A stretch of DNA of 64,000 nt, taken from positions 64,148 to 128,147 of the forward strand of contig JAIORZ010000002.1 in the NCBI GenBank assembly GCA_021107855.1, written 5' to 3'. Origin of the DNA: an archaeon (lineage in GTDB: Archaea; Nanobdellota; Nanobdellia; Pacearchaeales; GW2011-AR1). The position numbers and the translations under genes were made by a program. Of the stretch, positions 52,724-60,880 are shown piece after piece; positions within the stretch are counted from its first letter, which is position 1, and every line of letters starts with the position of its first letter. The notes under the pieces were generated by a model. That model ran no database searches. It was not told the DNA's origin and saw only the letters and a list, made by a program, of their open reading frames with translations.

Positions 52724-53404
52724 CTAAACCAACTCAAGAAACTTATTTCTTCCCTCGCCAGTTCTTTTCAAAAGCCCCTTCCGTTCCAACTCCTGAATAT
52801 GCCGCGAAAACGACGCCTTAGGAATATCACAAATTTTCTTCAACTGCGAACTCTTCACTCGTCCCGTTTGCTTCAATTTATCAAGAATCAAATTTTCCCG
52901 CTTTCCAAGAACATTCCTAATTAATTTCTCCTTTCCTCCAACTCTCTTCCCTAACTTGCCCCAACCATAAAACAAAAACCCAAAAAGAACAAAAACAAAA
53001 ACACCCACAGATACCCACAAAACCAAGTTACTAGACTGCTCCCCAATAATATAAGTCAATTCTATCTCCCCAAAACCATAAACACGAATTTTATTACCCT
53101 TAACAAAAATCTCACCTTCCTCAATAGACTTTATCGTCGCTCCCTTCGGAAGAACCAAAGTAATCTCAGCACCATCAAGAAAATAAGAAAAACTCCAAAC
53201 TTCCCCCGCCTTACTCGTTAGCACCTGCGTCTTCCCAATCACATCCCCATCCTCAACCACCACTCCCCCCGGAAAAGAAACATTCTCATCAGTCCCTCCC
53301 AAAAACAAAGCCGAACCACCACCATCCAAATAAATATCAACAAAAGTATATGCCGAAACATTCCCCAGCAAAACCAACCCCAGCAATAAAAAACACAACC
53401 TCAT
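52724..53404 (-). CDS. Membrane-anchored wHTH regulator with extracytoplasmic domain (226 aa)
   Basis: The protein has a signal or anchor, a ~110-aa outside domain, a TM helix (LVLWVSVGVFVFVLFGFLFYGW) and a C-terminal wHTH (ILDKLKQTGRVKSSQLKKICDIPKASFSRHIQELERKGLLKR). Confidence 0.65.
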   Translation of the reverse strand: MRLCFLLLGLVLLGNVSAYTFVDIYLDGGGSALFLGGTDENVSFPGGVVVEDGDVIGKTQVLTSKAGEVWSFSYFLDGAEITLVLPKGATIKSIEEGEIFVKGNKIRVYGFGEIELTYIIGEQSSNLVLWVSVGVFVFVLFGFLFYGWGKLGKRVGGKEKLIRNVLGKRENLILDKLKQTGRVKSSQLKKICDIPKASFSRHIQELERKGLLKRTGEGRNKFLELV

Positions 53405-53428
53405 AAATTACCAACCTAAATATTACTT

Positions 53429-54004
53429 TTATAACTTCCTATCTAACTCATTATGAATCAAAACAGCAACCTGACTCGCGAACAAAACCCGCGGTCCCAC
53501 ACTCAGCCCATCAACCCTCTTCAAAAATTTCTTCATCCCAGAAGGAAACCCCTCATGGTCCCCAATAACAAAAACAACATTATCCAAACTTCTCCCCCGC
53601 ACATCCTCACCCTTTCCATCAAGCAACAAAACATCCCTACCCTCCTTATCTAATTCCTTAAGCAAAACCTCAAAACCCTTCCTCTCAATCCAACACCCCG
53701 GCACAATCTCCCGCAACCCCTCCTCATCCTTCGCCTTATACAACATCCTCTTAATCAACCCCGCAACATTCTTCTTCGAAATCGGCATATCCTCATTACT
53801 CTCCAAAACCAAATGCCGTGGATTATTCGGCCCCCCATCGAAAATCAAATGCAACCTCACATCATCCCGCATCGCATTCGAAACAAAAAAAACAGACACG
53901 ATAAAATTACAAACAATATCCAGCCGCCCCGCCTTCTTCAAATCATCCTTAATCAAATTCCCAGCAGTCACAGCATTTTTCGAATAATAAACAAATTCTC
54001 TCAT
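53429..54004 (-). CDS. trmY: tRNA (pseudouridine54-N1)-methyltransferase TrmY (SPOUT, DUF358)
   Basis: The 191-aa product carries GRLDIVCNFIVSVFFVSNAMRDDVRLHLIFDG and a C-terminal knot region (VFVIGDHEGF...GPRVLFASQVAVLIHNELD). Confidence 0.75.
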   Translation of the reverse strand: MREFVYYSKNAVTAGNLIKDDLKKAGRLDIVCNFIVSVFFVSNAMRDDVRLHLIFDGGPNNPRHLVLESNEDMPISKKNVAGLIKRMLYKAKDEEGLREIVPGCWIERKGFEVLLKELDKEGRDVLLLDGKGEDVRGRSLDNVVFVIGDHEGFPSGMKKFLKRVDGLSVGPRVLFASQVAVLIHNELDRKL

Positions 54005-54035
54005 CTCTAAACGAATCTATCACACTTTATAAATA

Positions 54036-54323
54036 TCAGGGAGTCCAACGGTATTCAAAAGCAGTATATTCCTTATCTTCATATCTTTTAGTAATTAAAA
54101 GCTTTTTAGCCCCATCACGGGTTGCAAAATACAAAACAGGAACTACCTCAGTTGACTCATTAGTAGACTTCCAAGTCTCGTTCCTCGTCACTCTATCAAT
54201 CTTAACATCATCTAAAAGATAACCCATATCCACCAAAGATCCAACCAAATAATGCAAACTAGCTTCAAGCACTTTTTTCTCAAGACACGCCTCCCCGTCC
54301 CGAACATCAATTTCAGTTTTCAT
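54036..54323 (-). CDS. Hypothetical protein (95 aa) in RSH-like island
   Basis: The ORF is co-directional with and downstream of 54390..54755. I recognised no motif. Confidence 0.5.
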   Translation of the reverse strand: MKTEIDVRDGEACLEKKVLEASLHYLVGSLVDMGYLLDDVKIDRVTRNETWKSTNESTEVVPVLYFATRDGAKKLLITKRYEDKEYTAFEYRWTP

Positions 54324-54389
54324 AATTAAAAAAACAATAAAGATTATTTATATTTTATTGTCATCCAAACTCTATATTCTCTCCAAAAA

Positions 54390-54755
54390 TCAAATATAAC
54401 TTTTCTCTAATCTATGATTATTTTTCCACACCACATCCCAAATCCTCTCCCAAGACATCCCAATCAAACCCTCAATATATCCTCCAGAACCCTTCCCATT
54501 CTCTTTTTCATATTTTTCAATCAATCCCCTTCTCCTTACTTCTCTTACCGTTGAATTAGGAAAAGAAAACTTTCCTAAATCCCCAAAATTAAATTTCACA
54601 TCCCTTATATCCCAAACAATTTCCTGAAGAATTTTCCCAGTACTAATTTTCCCTCCAGTATACCAAATCCCATCATAATTAATTCCCCCTAAAGTAAAAA
54701 TATCTAATTTATGAGCAATACATATCCCGTTGACATATTCTATTCTCTCGTTCAT
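54390..54755 (-). CDS. Hypothetical protein (121 aa) in RSH-like island
   Basis: The ORF is trimmed to ATG 54755..54753 (MNERIEYVNG), because the longer track ORF overlaps the upstream gene. Confidence 0.5.
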   Translation of the reverse strand: MNERIEYVNGICIAHKLDIFTLGGINYDGIWYTGGKISTGKILQEIVWDIRDVKFNFGDLGKFSFPNSTVREVRRRGLIEKYEKENGKGSGGYIEGLIGMSWERIWDVVWKNNHRLEKSYI

Positions 54756-54801
54756 AAATATCAAACTAAAAAAGTCTTTATAATAATTATTGTGATAAAT
54801 T

Positions 54802-55761
54802 CTAATCCGAAAAATCAGGACAAGCCTTTTTCCCGTGCCCCTCATAAAAACGAGAACACTTTTTACCAACCAAATTAAAACACTCATCCTTAATACTTCT
54901 AAATTGAACTTCAACTGGATAAGTCCTAAAAGCCTTGTCTTTCAATGTATAATGAACCCCGCCAGGTCGACATTCTTCATTCCTATCTCGATGATCCCTA
55001 ATATCAACAACATCAAAATGACGAAAATCAATTGACAGACCTTTATCTACCAGATACTCCATATTTTCTTCCGATTTTTTCTGAGACATCTCAACAATTT
55101 TAACCCCGAACAAATCATAAGGAAGCATATCAGTAACTTTCTTCCCGTATTTTTCCCTATAATGCCTAAAATCACACAAATATGAATAATTATTTTCAGC
55201 CGCATCCATAACAAAATCCCAAAAATTGATTTCCCCCCCATCAGTCAATTTAGCAAAATTAGTTTTAAGTTTAGAGATTATGGATTCAGTCTCTTTATGT
55301 CTATAGCTAACCATATGATTACTTCCTTTGCTAAAAGAATGTTTAGACCATTTCGCATATTCATAAGGCATTCTCTCTTCACTAAACAATGCCGCAGCGG
55401 TAATCTCATCTAGCGCAAATTGACCCCCATAAGAAGCTCTCAATTTTCGCCTAATCACCTCGGGACTCTTTTTGGAAAAATATCCACTTAGTCCTTCATG
55501 TCCATTAGAGAGCCTAATCCCCCCACGAGTCATAGCCACAATAAGATTCTCAATCTTTGGAAGAATATCAGTATTGTAAAATTTTCGAATCTTACCCTCA
55601 TTTTTCTTTAATATTTTCAGATTATCGCTACTAATAATTCTCTTGTCTATAGGACCATGCAATATAAGATTTGTCAAAGACGGATTCGTATTACTTCCAG
55701 ACTTTGAAAGAGCGCTATTTAATCTCCTAACAATATTTTTCGGATTTCTCATCCCAATCAC
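54802..55761 (-). CDS. RelA/SpoT-homologue (RSH/SAS)-like nucleotidyltransferase (319 aa)
   Basis: The motif order matches the (p)ppGpp-synthetase fold: HKETESIISKLK (cf. R.KS.ESI..K), PYDLFGVKIV (cf. DIAGIRI), DIRDH...RPGGVHYTL (cf. DYI..PK.NGYRSLH) and PVEVQFRS (cf. VEIQIRT). The ~150-aa N-terminal region is unassigned. Confidence 0.55.
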   Translation of the reverse strand: MIGMRNPKNIVRRLNSALSKSGSNTNPSLTNLILHGPIDKRIISSDNLKILKKNEGKIRKFYNTDILPKIENLIVAMTRGGIRLSNGHEGLSGYFSKKSPEVIRRKLRASYGGQFALDEITAAALFSEERMPYEYAKWSKHSFSKGSNHMVSYRHKETESIISKLKTNFAKLTDGGEINFWDFVMDAAENNYSYLCDFRHYREKYGKKVTDMLPYDLFGVKIVEMSQKKSEENMEYLVDKGLSIDFRHFDVVDIRDHRDRNEECRPGGVHYTLKDKAFRTYPVEVQFRSIKDECFNLVGKKCSRFYEGHGKKACPDFSD

Positions 55762-55821
55762 AATAAATATCCATTTATAAAATTACCTATTATAACTACT
55801 ACATAATGACATTAAAATTGA

Positions 55822-57105
55822 CTAAAACCGAACCTTTCCCCAATGCCCCATCGCATCCATCAATTCCCGATGCGTCCTCCCATAATGCTCCAAACTCTCA
55901 CCAGCAACAACAGCGTCGACTGCCTGCCTCATAGCTCTCGCTCCCTTAGCCGTCCCTTCAGGATGCCCATGCACACCACCCCCAGCCTGAATAATAATAT
56001 CCTCCCCAAAATTCCTCATCAAATACGGAACATGCCCAGGATAAATTCCCCCCGAACAAACCGCAAAAGTAGGCTTCAACCCCTGCCAGTTCTGCTCCAA
56101 CCTATGCGATGTTTTCCCAACCTTCATCGCCTCAATCTCCTGCGCAATCTCCCGAACCTCACGCTTCCCTCCCCGCATCTTCCCAATCCCAGTCCCAATA
56201 TGCAAACTATCACTCCCAGCCATCCGAGCAAAATCAGCGACACACATCATCGACAAGCCATGTTTCGGATTCTCGGTGAACGCCCCATGCATCGCCCTAT
56301 GCGAATGAATCCCAAGCTTACAATTCTGCCTCAAACTCTCAAGACTCGAAAACCCAGCAGTAATCACATCATGCATCACAAACTTCCCACCCAACTCTTT
56401 CACCAAATCAGCCCTCTCCAACATCAACATCGCCTCCGCCGTCACATTAACCAAATAACCCTTCCTCTCCCCACTTTCCTCCGCAGCCTTATCGCACATC
56501 TCCAAAGTTTTCGCCGCCCTTTTCTCAAACGGATTAAATTTCTGCGACGCCAAATTCTCATCGTCCTTCACCAAATCACAACCACCAACCCAAGCATCAT
56601 AAGCAACCTTCGCATGATCTTTCGTCCTCAACCCCAACTTCGGCTTAACAATCGTCCCAACAAGTGGCCTATCTTTCACCCTCAAAATCTTCCGATAACC
56701 CTCAATCCCATAACGAGGTCCAGGAAAACTCTTCAACAATTTCGCCGGAATCTTAACGTCCTCCAGCCTCAAACCCTTAACACATTTCATCCCAAAAACA
56801 TTACCAGCGACGGAACTCAAAATATTCGAAACACTACCTTCCTCAAACAACTCCTGCGGATAAGCAATCTTCACCCAATCACCAGAAATCGCAAAAGCCT
56901 TCGCTCCAAGTTTATTCACATATTTCTTATTCGAAGAAACAGGCGTCCAAGTCCCAGTCGAACTTTCAAGCGCAACATTGTTAATCGCCTCCATCAAACC
57001 CATCCCGTCCGGCGCCACACGAAACAAACAAATCAAATCATTCCTCGTCGGCCGATAGCTCTGATTAACAAAAGGATAATTCACCATCTTAACCATCAAA
57101 AGCAC
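55822..57105 (-). CDS. rbcL: RuBisCO large subunit, form III-like
   Basis: Motifs GTIVKPKLGL, GGCDLVKDDENL (carbamylated-Lys region), SLHIGTG and IIQAGGGVHGHPEG are present. The product is ~420 aa and the start codon is uncertain among M1, M4 and M7. Confidence 0.9.
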   Translation of the reverse strand: MLLMVKMVNYPFVNQSYRPTRNDLICLFRVAPDGMGLMEAINNVALESSTGTWTPVSSNKKYVNKLGAKAFAISGDWVKIAYPQELFEEGSVSNILSSVAGNVFGMKCVKGLRLEDVKIPAKLLKSFPGPRYGIEGYRKILRVKDRPLVGTIVKPKLGLRTKDHAKVAYDAWVGGCDLVKDDENLASQKFNPFEKRAAKTLEMCDKAAEESGERKGYLVNVTAEAMLMLERADLVKELGGKFVMHDVITAGFSSLESLRQNCKLGIHSHRAMHGAFTENPKHGLSMMCVADFARMAGSDSLHIGTGIGKMRGGKREVREIAQEIEAMKVGKTSHRLEQNWQGLKPTFAVCSGGIYPGHVPYLMRNFGEDIIIQAGGGVHGHPEGTAKGARAMRQAVDAVVAGESLEHYGRTHRELMDAMGHWGKVRF

Positions 57106-57153
57106 AAACCATATTTAAAACTTCCTCCATTTTATATGTTCTCAGTAACAGCA

Positions 57154-57165
57154 ATATTTATAAAG
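57154..57165 (+). promoter_or_regulatory. TATA box for 57186..57976 operon
   Basis: atatttataaag ends 21 nt before ATG 57186. Confidence 0.4.
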
Positions 57166-57185
57166 AAGAATACATTACAAAAAAT

Positions 57186-57392
57186 ATGCAAAATAAAAAG
57201 AGAGTGACAGTCCTCGTAACAATAGCTTTAATTCTAGCCATAACTGCAATCGCTCTAAATTCTATAGACTCCGAAATTTCAACCACAAGAACTCAAACCC
57301 AAGACCACGCAGGTGGCGGACAAATCGGAATAGACATTCAGCCCCCCCAAGTAGAAGATAAATTATTAGAAGAAGAAATCCCACAACAATGA
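57186..57392 (+). CDS. Small membrane-anchored protein (68 aa), hypothetical
   Basis: The N-terminal TM helix reads VTVLVTIALILAITAIAL. The ORF overlaps the next gene by 4 nt. Confidence 0.45.
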   Translation: MQNKKRVTVLVTIALILAITAIALNSIDSEISTTRTQTQDHAGGGQIGIDIQPPQVEDKLLEEEIPQQ

Positions 57393-57976
57393 AATACGAC
57401 ACACTAGAAATCACAAGCTACGCTTCAATAGCGGTAATCGCAATATCATTATTCTTTATCGGAACAGAATTAACAGGAATGGCAACAACAAATGATACAG
57501 GTGATGTCAACGTAACGATTACAGATTCGGCTGGAATAAATTTCACAACAGATTTATTAGATTTCGGGTCAGGAGCAGTAACACCAGGACAGACAGCAGT
57601 ACTAGAGAGTAATGGAACAGGGACAAACCTATCCTGGAGCGGAGCTAAAGTAACAGGCGAACTAGTTCTAGAAAATATAGGAAACAATAATGTAAGTATA
57701 ATGCTACAGACAGATAAATCCGCACAAGAGTTTATCGGAGGATCATCAGGCGCAACATTTGAGGCAATGGTAAGTAATGATAGTGAGCCGCTCTCATGTG
57801 TAGGAACAAATACATTCACAACTTTCGCCCCTATCAACACCACTCCCCAATTAGCATGTGGCTCATTCAACTTTTCGGATGCAGCGGACGAACTAATAAT
57901 CGACTTCAGAATAAACATCCCAGATGATGCAACTGGGGCAAAGACAATCGAGATTAAAGCGATAGGCACATATTAA
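57389..57976 (+). CDS. Secreted beta-rich protein (195 aa), hypothetical
   Basis: The N-terminal anchor reads YASIAVIAISLFFIGTEL. The mature part is Thr/Asn-rich with sequons. Confidence 0.6.
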   Translation: MKYDTLEITSYASIAVIAISLFFIGTELTGMATTNDTGDVNVTITDSAGINFTTDLLDFGSGAVTPGQTAVLESNGTGTNLSWSGAKVTGELVLENIGNNNVSIMLQTDKSAQEFIGGSSGATFEAMVSNDSEPLSCVGTNTFTTFAPINTTPQLACGSFNFSDAADELIIDFRINIPDDATGAKTIEIKAIGTY

Positions 57977-58035
57977 CTCTTCAAAAAATTAAAATACTCC
58001 TAAATTTTGTTATATATACAATCTCTATCAAAACC

Positions 58036-58043
58036 CTTATATA
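58036..58043 (+). promoter_or_regulatory. TATA box for GGDEF gene
   Basis: cttatata ends 23 nt before ATG 58066. Confidence 0.4.
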
Positions 58044-58065
58044 ACAATAAAACGTTAAAACAAAA

Positions 58066-58767
58066 ATGGAAAAGAAATTATCCAATTTAATAGAAAAACT
58101 ATCAACTGGCAAACTAACTTTCAAAACCGTCATCAAAGAAGTCAGTTCATGGGATGATCCACATAAAGAAGTCGAAGCATATTTTGCTCTCATAGATTCC
58201 ACCTGTAAAGATAGAGACATCGAAACTTTATCAAAGATGAACAAAGAAGCATACAACAAAGTATTAATTCTCGAGGACATGGACACACTAACTAGACTAC
58301 CAAAAAGAAAAACTTTTGAAAAAATCTTCAAAAGAGAATATTCTAGATTTGAAAGAAGTGGCGACCCATTTAGTATCGTAATAATAGATTTAGACTATTT
58401 CAAAAAAGTCAACGACACCTACGGGCATCTGGCAGGAGACGCCGTCCTAGAAAAATTTGCAAAAAACATAAGAACTTGGATACGAAAAATTGATTTCGCC
58501 TGTCGTTATGGAGGCGAAGAATTTGCCCTAATTTATTCAAGTATTTCCGGAGAAAACGCCGTAGGGGCAATCGATAATTTGATAAAAAGAGTTTCTAAAT
58601 CTAAAATTAATATTGGGAAAGGAAAAAAAATAAAAATTACTTTCAGCGCTGGGGTCTATGAAATAAAAGAAAAAGATTCATTAAACGACGCTTTTGAAAG
58701 AGCCGATAAAGCATTATACAAAGCAAAAGAAAACGGAAGAAAACAATCCGCCTTATACAAGGACTAA
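58066..58767 (+). CDS. GGDEF-domain diguanylate cyclase (stand-alone, 233 aa)
   Basis: Motifs DTLTRLPKRKTF, IIDLDYFKKVNDTYGHLAGDAVL, RYGGEEF (intact active site) and RADKALYKAKENGRKQ are present. RKID lies 5 residues upstream of GGEEF, which is an RxxD I-site. Confidence 0.85.
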   Translation: MEKKLSNLIEKLSTGKLTFKTVIKEVSSWDDPHKEVEAYFALIDSTCKDRDIETLSKMNKEAYNKVLILEDMDTLTRLPKRKTFEKIFKREYSRFERSGDPFSIVIIDLDYFKKVNDTYGHLAGDAVLEKFAKNIRTWIRKIDFACRYGGEEFALIYSSISGENAVGAIDNLIKRVSKSKINIGKGKKIKITFSAGVYEIKEKDSLNDAFERADKALYKAKENGRKQSALYKD

Positions 58768-58806
58768 TTTTTATCATCTCAATCTAGACAGAAATTTTTA
58801 TAAAGG

Positions 58807-58826
58807 ATAGTTAACGATAGTTAACA
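58807..58826 (+). promoter_or_regulatory. Tandem 10-nt direct repeat (gatagttaac x2) between TATA box and iscS start; candidate operator
   Basis: The repeat gatagttaacgatagttaac is perfect. The TATA box ttttataaa lies at 58796..58804 and the ATG at 58839. Confidence 0.4.
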
Positions 58827-58838
58827 TATTCATTAAAA

Positions 58839-60002
58839 ATGGAAGAAATTTATTTAGATAATGCTGCCACCACAAAAGTTGATGATGCTGTAGCAAAGAA
58901 AGTTAAAGAAGTTTTTTTAGAGAGCTATGGGAATGCGTCGTCACTACATACAAAAGGAAGAGAGTCCAGAGAAAAAATGGAATCAGCCAAAAAAAAAATT
59001 GCCACATATCTTAATTGCAACCCTAAAGAAATTATTTTTACAAGTGGAGGAACCGAATCAAATAACCTAGCAATCCGAGGACTAGCCAAAGCAAACCCAG
59101 AAAAAAAACACATCATAACCTCTGTAATCGAACATCCATGTATTCTAGAAACCTGTCAAGACTTAAAGCGAGAAGGCTATGAAGTTGATTACATCAAAGT
59201 CAATAATGATGGGCTCATAGAAGTTGAGGATATTTCTAAAAAAATTAAAGACAACACATTATTAGTCTCAATAATGCACGTTAATAATGAAATCGGGACC
59301 ATACAACCAATCGAAAAAATTAGCCAAATTTGTAAAAAACAAAATGTATACTTCCACACAGATAACGTGCAAGGATTTTTGAAAAAAGATTTGCCATTAA
59401 CTTCAATTGACATGATGTCAGTTTCCGGACATAAATTTTGCGCCCCAAAAGGCGTTGGATTTTTGTATGTAAAAAAAGGAATAAAAATTTTACCAATTAA
59501 CACCGGAGGAGGACAAGAAAACGGATTAAGAAGCGGAACAGAAAACGTTCCCGGAATTGTAGGGCTGGCTGCAGCTTTAGACATCGACTTTAAAATTAAC
59601 GAAATAGAAACTAGCCGAGATAAAATCATCGAAGGTTTAAAAAAAATCAAAGGAGTAAAAATCAATGGGTCTATAAAAAATCGTATCTACAACAACATCA
59701 ACATATCATTTTATGGAATTGAGGGCGAAAGCTTAATGCTGATGTTAGACGAACAAGGAATTTATGTTTCAACCGGCTCCGCTTGCGCATCAACAAAATT
59801 AAACGAGAGCCATGTCTTGAAAGCTTTAAGCATAGATGAAATGTATATCCACGGAAGTCTAAGATTATCACTCGGAACTGACGCAATCGGAAAAGAAAAT
59901 TTCATCATTGAAAAAATAACTAATGCCGTTAAAAAACTGAGAGAGATGAGCCCATTTAAATTAAATTTGGAGGAAGAAAATGACAAAGAAAAAAATAACT
60001 AA
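58839..60002 (+). CDS. iscS: Cysteine desulfurase (NifS/IscS class)
   Basis: Motifs NASSLHTKGRE, FTSGGTESNN, the SVSGHKF PLP-lysine motif and GSACAS (the catalytic Cys loop) are present. Confidence 0.9.
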   Translation: MEEIYLDNAATTKVDDAVAKKVKEVFLESYGNASSLHTKGRESREKMESAKKKIATYLNCNPKEIIFTSGGTESNNLAIRGLAKANPEKKHIITSVIEHPCILETCQDLKREGYEVDYIKVNNDGLIEVEDISKKIKDNTLLVSIMHVNNEIGTIQPIEKISQICKKQNVYFHTDNVQGFLKKDLPLTSIDMMSVSGHKFCAPKGVGFLYVKKGIKILPINTGGGQENGLRSGTENVPGIVGLAAALDIDFKINEIETSRDKIIEGLKKIKGVKINGSIKNRIYNNINISFYGIEGESLMLMLDEQGIYVSTGSACASTKLNESHVLKALSIDEMYIHGSLRLSLGTDAIGKENFIIEKITNAVKKLREMSPFKLNLEEENDKEKNN

Positions 60003-60180
60003 AGATATGACTTTTGCAGAAATTATGAAGTTAGACAAAAATGTCGCTGAAAAATTAGCCGATAAGGGATTATTTTGCGGCGGATGCCCAATGGCACAGT
60101 TTGAAAAATTAGAAGATGGAGCGAAAGCACATGGAGTTGATGCAGATAAATTAGTGAAGGAGTTAAACAAGAATGAATAA
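59980..60180 (+). CDS. DUF1858 / hybrid-cluster-protein-associated redox disulfide domain protein
   Basis: The 66-aa product reads MTFAEIMKLDKNVAEKLADKGLFCGGCPMAQFEKLEDGAKAHGVD. Confidence 0.65.
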   Translation: MTKKKITKDMTFAEIMKLDKNVAEKLADKGLFCGGCPMAQFEKLEDGAKAHGVDADKLVKELNKNE

Positions 60181-60598
60181 TGTTGATTATAATGCAAATA
60201 TCTTAGACCATTTCAAAAATCCACGAAACATGGGAGAACTAAAAAATGCCGACGCCGAAGCAACAGTCGGAAATCCAAGCTGTGGAGACGTTATGAAAAT
60301 AATGATTAAAGTTTCTAATAATAAAATTGAGAATATTAAGTTTCAAACGATGGGTTGTGCTGCTGCAATTGCCACGAGCTCCATGGCAACAGAACTAGCG
60401 AAAAGAAAAACATTAGATGAGGCTGAAAAGATTACAAATAAAGACGTATCATTAGCTCTAGGCAAACTGCCACCAATAAAAGAACATTGTTCAAATTTAG
60501 CCGCAGATGCTTTAAAAAAAGCAATTGCAAATTACAAAAAAAACTATAATGAATCTCCCAAGCTCCCTAACAAAGGAGATTCATTGAATATGATTTAA
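60173..60598 (+). CDS. iscU: Fe-S cluster scaffold, NifU N-terminal/IscU-like
   Basis: The three cluster-ligand Cys occur in NPSCGDVM, FQTMGCAAAIATSS and HCSNLAADALKKAI. Confidence 0.85.
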   Translation: MNNVDYNANILDHFKNPRNMGELKNADAEATVGNPSCGDVMKIMIKVSNNKIENIKFQTMGCAAAIATSSMATELAKRKTLDEAEKITNKDVSLALGKLPPIKEHCSNLAADALKKAIANYKKNYNESPKLPNKGDSLNMI

Positions 60599-60626
60599 TA
60601 AAAAATAAAAAATTTAAATTGAAGAT

Positions 60627-60821
60627 TTACTTCTTCTTTTTCTTCTTGACTACTTTTTTCTTAACTGGCTTCTTCTTAGCAACTTTCTTCTTCACTGCTT
60701 TCTTCTTCTTCTTCTTTCCACCTCGAGCCATTTTAGCCTCGCAAACGTTACCCTTTCCGTCTACATAATATAGAAATCCAGATTTTCGCTCAACAACGCC
60801 TTTTGCAATAATTTTTCCCAT
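60627..60821 (-). CDS. Small basic protein with poly-Lys tail (64 aa)
   Basis: The product reads MGKIIAKGVVERKSGFLYYVDGKGNVCEAKMARGG, followed by 30 residues that are mostly Lys. Confidence 0.55.
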   Translation of the reverse strand: MGKIIAKGVVERKSGFLYYVDGKGNVCEAKMARGGKKKKKKAVKKKVAKKKPVKKKVVKKKKKK

Positions 60822-60880
60822 TTTTTTTAACCTCCTTTTTGCCTTTTAATAGTTCTACTTTTCTAGAGTGGATTTTATAT

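Noticed and set aside
54005-54035. A possible orphan copy of the RuBisCO 3' end on the far side of the RSH-like islet, by analogy with the PCNA and primase scars.
   Set aside because: There is only a gapped ~14-nt resemblance (ctaaacgaatctat versus ctaaaaccgaaccttt), and the encoded residues do not match (DRFV* versus KVRF*). This is not distinguishable from chance.
55843-57207. A 454-aa + strand ORF, the longest non-annotated ORF in the window.
   Set aside because: It lies exactly antisense to the RuBisCO gene, whose catalytic motifs are unambiguous. It shows the same low-complexity antisense signature.
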